Shown here: piece after piece, positions 54,718-64,000 of the stretch
Numbering within the stretch: the stretch's first letter is position 1
Layout of the letters: each line of letters begins with the position of its first letter
Assembly: GCF_009914755.1 (NCBI RefSeq)
Contig: NC_060943.1
DNA length: 64,000 nucleotides
Direction: 5' to 3' (one strand)
Source: the human T2T-CHM13v2.0 reference genome, Homo sapiens
Program-made: the position numbers and the translations under genes
The notes under the pieces: generated by a model
What the model was told of the DNA's origin: nothing
Database searches by the model: none
The model's input: only the letters and a program-made list of their open reading frames with translations

Positions 54718-55637
54718 TGAACTCCTGACCTCAGGTGATATGCCCGCCTCAGCCTCCCAAAGTGTTGGGATTACAGGCGTGAGCCACTGCGCCCAGCCTG
54801 AAGACAGCATTCTTAGCATGAAGGATTCAAAGTTGAGGCAAAGGAGATCTATCCAAACCAACCTCATTACACTACGGCTTCTGAGCCACTTCTCTACCTG
54901 ATTAACCACCCTAGCCCACACCCTTGGTTTTATCCCATTAGCGCAGTTTACTTGTCTGTCCAATTCAGTTTATAAGTGTTTGGCTCTTAACTGCTTTTCT
55001 GGCTTGTTTCCTTATGAGGAACCCCATGCCACATAAAACTTTCATTAAACAAATACATGTGTATGCTTTAATCTTGTTAACCTAATCGTATGTCGGTGTA
55101 ATTATCAGGCCCAGCAAGGATCCTAAGATGATGAAGGTGAAATCTTGTTGCCCCTACAATATGGACATTGGATGCAAGTGTCTGTGTGAGTTCCTGCTTT
55201 CAATTCTCAGGAATTTTCCGAAGTTGTTTTCTTCCTCATTTTCTCCTTTTGGGACTCCAGCTGCGCCACAGGACTCTGAAGTTCCTGTTTTATTTTTCTA
55301 ATGTGTTTGTTTTCCAGTTTGTATGACTTCTACTGATATATCTTAAAGTTCACTAACTCTTCTGTCCTCTTCATCTGTGGAATCCATTTAGTGACTCCTT
55401 AAAATCCAGATGTCTGAGGTCCTTAGGAAAACAGGTGCTTCTCCCTGTTGTAGCTTGAATTTGCTCTGAATGTGGTGGTCCCCTAAGCCAATAACACAAT
55501 GCCTCCTGGCCTGCCCTGGCCACCCAGGGAGGAATGAAGGGAGAGGTAGGTGTAGTGGTAATAAGCCTTGCTGTGCACAGCTTTGTGTAATAACTGAAAA
55601 GGGTGATGTGTTTTCCTGCTCCCATTCCCAAGCCTGA

Positions 55638-55817
<180 letters not shown>

Positions 55818-55829
55818 TAGTCCCGGCTA

Positions 55830-55934
<105 letters not shown>

Positions 55935-56606
55935 TCAAAAAAAAAAACAAACATGTAGTAACTGACACCCCCCACACATGCCCTCCCCTCCACCTCCTGT
56001 TATTTCATTAGAAACCCTGCCAAGGAACAAGGAAATCCTACAAAGAAGGTGTCTCAGGTACCCATCAGCAGCCATGCAGTGATGACAAGTGGGTCTGATG
56101 CCATTAAAAGGTTGTTTTCAAACCACCTTCTGTTGCAAGCAGAACCCAATTGCACAGGAATCCAAGCTCCATGATGGAGCTTTGGCCATTGTTTTTAGTT
56201 ACCAGGAAGGAAAATGGCAAGATTGAGATTAAGCCTGGAGGCCCGGCGGGGACCTCATGGCTGTGAAGACCCTGGACTCCTGTGTTGCTGGAGATAGTGT
56301 TTGTGCTCTCACATGGTCTGCTCAGCCGTCTTTCTGCCATTCAGCACAACGGAAGGACCTAGTGTGTTTCCAGGGTGGGAGCCTACGAGTGGTGGACTCT
56401 GACTTTGACATTCGGGACAGATTTATTCCTTAATTTTCTTCCTTACATACTTGGTTCATCTGAGGGCCTCAGACTCCCTCTCCAACAGCCTTCTACCCTC
56501 TCCCATTTCCACATTTTCATTTTTGAGCTTCCTTAGCTAAGTGGTTTTACTTTCTTCCCTTTCCATCTCTCTCTCTCTCTTTATATTTCTTTCTCTAGAT
56601 TTTTAA

Positions 56607-56879
<273 letters not shown>

Positions 56880-57266
56880 TGATCTCGAACTCCTGACCGC
56901 AAGTGATCCTCTCCCATTTTGGCCTCCCAAAATGCTGGGATTACAGGCGTGAGCCACTGCGCCTGGCCTTACATTGTTATTCTGCACACATTGGCCATTG
57001 CGGGCATCGTTCCTTACCTGAGTGAACACATCCATGCATTCCTAATATGTGTGTCCTGGGAAACCTGGGTTTGGAGTTTGGAGTTTGGAGTAGAGAGGCC
57101 AAGGGTTTGCAGTCAGGCAGGTTACTTGCAAAATATTTACGTATCAGTCAGATACATTGGCTCATGCTTGTAATCCCAGCAGTTTGGGAGGCTGAGGCTG
57201 GGGGATCACATGAGGTCAGGAGTTGGAGACCAGCCTGGACAACATGGTGAAATCCCGTCTCTACTA

Positions 57267-57635
<369 letters not shown>

Positions 57636-58001
57636 CTAAGAGTTGCCATCAGTTTGGTGGCAGGGTATGTTGTACTTAGAGATCTTGTCAGAATGGATAA
57701 CTCATTTTACCTCCATCACTTACGAAATGACTTTTATCAGCTACATTAAAATGCTAGCAATGTCATACTACATTCTCATAAATACTGGGAATTAACTAAT
57801 GACTTTCTTGTCCAGGTATTTATAGGCTTTGGCAAGGCAGCAGTACACAAAACTGGTCCCATTCATAGTAATCTTGACGTTAAACTTTGGAGCCAGAGTA
57901 CAAGCGAATAAATAAACACTAGGAAGAAAAGTAAATGCGGAGAAGAATAAATGCTGTGAGGAAGAGTAAAGTTGAGGAGGGGAACAGACAGATGGGATTG
58001 A

Positions 58002-58253
<252 letters not shown>

Positions 58254-58649
58254 TAGGAAACAAAATCATCACAGAAATCCTCAAGAGGCAGCTTTCCTGT
58301 ACATTTCAGTTTCTCCTAAAACAGAACAGGGCTGGGAATGCTTACTGAGGAATCATCAAAGCATTTCTTTCTGTCATGACAAGAGCAATTCCAGCTTGCT
58401 CCATGAGACCCTGCTTCTCTCACTGTATTTGGTTTTCAGGTTGCAAGATTTGAAGAACACTTGTCAAAACTCGACGGTTATTTCTGTTTTCAAGGACTGT
58501 TTGATCTGCATTTTCTTCCAGTCCATTCATTTCTATCTGGTTTGGCCTCCAAGGTCTTAATCTTTTGCCCAAGAAAACGCTTACATTTAAGCAACATGAG
58601 TTCCTTGATTTGTCTGTAGCCCAATGCTACTTTCTTGAGTTCAGAATAA

Positions 58650-58802
<153 letters not shown>

Positions 58803-58984
58803 TGAGGTTACAGGTACCCACCACCATGCCTGACAAATTTTTGTATTTTTACTAGACAGAATTTTGCCATGTTGGCCAGGTTGGTCTTGAACTCCTGGCC
58901 TCAAGTGATCTGCCCACCTCGGCCTCCCAAAGTGCTGGGATTACACCAGCCTTGGGACTTGACAGTTTTTTTTTTTTTTTTTAA

Positions 58985-59248
<264 letters not shown>

Positions 59249-60359
59249 TGAGCCACCATGCTGGGCCCTTGACAGTTATTTTGACCTAACATTGGTGATA
59301 ATTTTTCTCTACCTCAACCAAGAAGATGGCGGATTGGAGCACTTTTTTCATAGATTGACCAGTCTTCCCAACAACACTGGAGGCCAGTCATTTACTTTCT
59401 GCAGAGAAAGAGACATGTCAAAGAGTCAACTTACCAGCTGGAAACTGGGACTAGTGTCAAGTGCTTACTCTGACATTCAGCTCTTGTTTCACCTCTTGAC
59501 CCCTTTCATGCCTGCATCAACCAGTGGATCTGCTGGGCTCAGAGCACATGACAAAGGGGCTTGTGGTGTTCCACTTGGCTTCCTGAAATCCCTTCCTTTC
59601 CCCTGGCAGTGCTTCCACGCAGGACTTTGAGTGTGTAGTCGGGGCAGTTTACATCCCCAAGTGAAAATGCTGAACGTTCAGCAAGCCTTGGTCAAAAGTT
59701 TTCCTAGGCTCACTAGTGAAGAAATAGCAATTACTCACTGGCTATTGCCAGGATTGAGAAAAAGAATGTGTACCCTAGAGGCCGGGCCCAAGGGGAAGAG
59801 AGTACTTTCTCTCAGCATTGAGTAAAATCGGCCATTTTTTAAATGAGCCTTGGGAACCAGCATAACTGGTCCCTTTGTGCCCAATTTCTCCATCCCGATA
59901 ATGAATTCCATGGATAACCTCAGTGGCCCATGACAGTTGCCTCTCATTGCACTTCCCTGCCAGTTCTCAGAAAGAAAGTGTCACACAGTCTCTGGAGGGA
60001 ACTTCTAATTACAGGAACACAGTCTGCTTGTCTGAGTCTTGTTTTCAGTTCTTGGACCCTCTCCAGCAGGGAAAATCTCTGTCTTGTGTAACCTTTGGGT
60101 AACATCCAATCCACTCAGGAATTCTTCCCTGCTAGGGAACCTATTGTATATACCCAATGAATATTAGCTAAGTGCCTTACACTTTTAATTAGGTTTTGGG
60201 AAGAAAGATCAATAAGACAAAGTACTGCCCTTAAGAAAGTAAAGGTCTAGGAGAAGAGCGATATTAACAGTAAATAAGACACCTAGTATGGCAGGTGAAT
60301 CCATTTGGGAGGCCCCAGATGAGGAAGATGTTGAACTGGGGGCCATCAAGAAAATCTAA

Positions 60360-60668
<309 letters not shown>

Positions 60669-60837
60669 TAGGATTACAGGCATGAGCCACCGAGGCCTGC
60701 CTTGTAGAAGGCTCATTAAGAGTTCAGGAGCAGAATCAAATAAGCATGCTAATCCTGAGTGCAAAGGCACTGAAAAAATGACAGTATATTACATTCTGTA
60801 GATAAAAGACAATCTTTGGAGTAAGAGGCAGACTTGA

Positions 60838-61038
<201 letters not shown>

Positions 61039-61862
61039 TGACTAATTCTATTTTTTTTATTTTTGTAGAGACACAGTCTTGTTATGTTGCCCAGGCTAGT
61101 CTCAAACTCCTGGGCTCAAGCAATCCTCCTGCCTCAGCCTACCAAAGTGCTGGGATTACAGTCATGAGCCACTGTGCCTGGCTCACACACATATATCTAT
61201 ATGTTAGTCTACTAGTTTCAATGTAAATGTTAGTTGGAAATCGATGGAAACAAATTGATATTCAATGAAGTTTGCAGTTGAGCAAGGTAACTGGTTCCCA
61301 GTTGCGGAATGGAATGAAGGGTCCTGTTTCTATGAGCTTTTGTTTCATAGCCACCCAAAACATGGTGGTTTAAAGCAACCACCAGGCCGGGCTCAGTGTC
61401 TCATAATCCCAGCAGTTTGGGGGCCAGGCAGGAGGATTACTTGAGTCCAGGAGTTCAAGACCAGCCTGGGCAACATGGTGAACCCCCGTCTCTCAAACAA
61501 CAACACCCCACCACCTTTTATTTAGGGTTTGTTTGTTGACAATTTGGGCTGTGCTTAGCCTGAGAGTTCTCTTGACTGGCTTCTGCAGTCACTGTCTAGG
61601 TGGGGTGGGGTTTATTGTTCTTCGTTCAAGGTCTCATTCCTCCAGTCGTCCAGGTAAGGCCTGTTCACACATTGCTGGAGTGTTCCAGCAGAGCTTGTAT
61701 TGGGAATGCCTATGCCCCATCAGCCAGTGCAATCATGGGTGAGCCCAAGGTGGAAGGGCACTCAGTTACACAAAAGGGGCTTGGATATAGGGAAGAAAAG
61801 ACACAGTGGCCATTCTTTTCTGCAGTTGGCCACAAGGCCAGTATATTATTGCAAGAGTCTAA

Positions 61863-62174
<312 letters not shown>

Positions 62175-62254
62175 TGATCCGCCTGCCTCGGCCTCCCAAA
62201 GTGCTGGGATTACAGACGTGAGCCACCGTGCCCGGCCGAAATTCACATATTTAA

Positions 62255-62434
<180 letters not shown>

Positions 62435-62614
62435 TGAGTAGCTGGGACTACAAGACACATGCCACCATGCCTGGCTAGTTTTTGTATTATTTGTAGAGAT
62501 GGGGTTTCGCCATGCTACCCTGGCTGGTATCGAACTCCTGAGCTCAAGCAATCCTCCCATCTCGGCCTCCCAAAGTGCCGGGATTACATGCATGAGCCAC
62601 CGTGCCCGGCCTGA

Positions 62615-63225
62615 TTCCAGGTCTGATAGAAAAACTCAACCAACTGCCTATTGGAAAAACTTTGAATCTGCATATGACCTGGAAGCCCCACTTCCAGTTG
62701 TCCCACCTTTCTGGACTGAACCAATGTACATCTTTTTTTTTTTTTTTTTGAGACGGAGTCTCGCTCTATTGCCCAGACTGGAGTGCAGTGGCACATCTTG
62801 GCTCCCTGCAAGCTCCGCCTTCTGGGTTCATGCCCTTCTCCTGCCTCAGCCTCCTGAGTAGCTGGGACTACAGGTGCCCGTCACCATGCCCGGCTAATTT
62901 TTTGTATTTTTTTCTGGTAGAGACGGGGTTTCACCGTGTTAGCCAGGATGGTCTCGATTTCCTGACCTCATGATCCACCCGCCTCAGCCTCCCAAAGTGC
63001 TGGGATTACAGGCGTGAGCCACCGCGCCTGGCCGAACCAATGTACATCTTATACGTATTGACTGATGTTTCCCTAAAATGTGTAAGACCAAGCTGTAGCC
63101 TGACCACTTTGGGGGCACATGTTCTCAGGGTCTCCTGGGGTTATGTTATGGGCCATTGGTCACTCATATTTAGCTCAGAATAAATCTCTTCAAATATTTT
63201 ACAGACTTTGATTCTTTTCACCAAC
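62615..63225 (+). mobile_element. MER4-group LTR containing an AluY-like insertion
   Basis: atgacctggaagcccc...tcagaataaatctcttcaaatattttacaga...caaca. The antisense Alu is flanked by the TSD GAACCAATGTACATCTT (~62718 and ~63034). Confidence 0.75.
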
Positions 63226-63477
63226 ATCCATATGAGAATTTAGTTCATCATACAGACATATCACAAGTCAAGTCAGAAAAGGCAAATTATGTAAAAAAAA
63301 AAAGTGCTTAGGAAACTAGAAAACTAGAAAATTTTTTTTTAATTAAAAAATTTTTTAAAAATTCCTAAATAAATAACTGATAGAAAAGAGAATGAGGGCT
63401 GGGTGCAGTGGCTCACACCTGTAATCCCAGCATTTTGGGAGGCCAAGGGGGGAGGATCACCTGAGGTCAGGAGTTCA

Positions 63478-63798
<321 letters not shown>

Positions 63799-64000
63799 TT
63801 ATTTTTTTAGAACGTCCACCAATGCTGCTTTGATTCAAGTCCACATGATCTGTCATCTGGGCTGTAGGTAGCCTGGCACCCTTCCTGCCCATTCTGCAGG
63901 GGAACATCATTGTACACATTTTTTTTTTAACACCCGGTGCTCTTACTTCCCTCCAGAAGGAAACCTAAACTCCAGTGTCCTCCATGATCTGACTCCTGTT

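Overview
Primate (very likely human chr19p13.2) Alu-dense 64-kb window. Left part: class II olfactory receptor cluster on the minus strand with intact OR7G1 (3016-3951) and OR7G3 (14207-15145) and a 5'-deleted OR7G pseudogene fragment (~10257-10668). Middle/right: the complete KRAB zinc-finger gene ZNF317 on the plus strand, with a CpG-island promoter at ~28.5-29.1 kb, non-coding exon 1, six coding exons that splice to a 595-aa ORF with KRAB-A/B and 13 C2H2 fingers, and a ~2-kb 3'UTR. The rest is mostly Alu, L1, L2, LTR and DNA-transposon fossils. Gene names come from my recall of the protein sequences, not a database search. I found no wholly new gene system. The most interesting unannotated-looking structures are: (i) two paralogous EBF/homeodomain-site clusters (6940-7110, 20636-20920) that look like the OR7G1 and OR7G3 promoters, the OR7G1 copy cut by a deletion; (ii) frameshifted fossil zinc fingers forming the ZNF317 C-terminus and 3'UTR; (iii) uORFs in all three frames of the ZNF317 leader, including a spliced 74-codon one; (iv) a templated insertion with a fold-back junction inside an AT-rich tract (27.05-27.87 kb).
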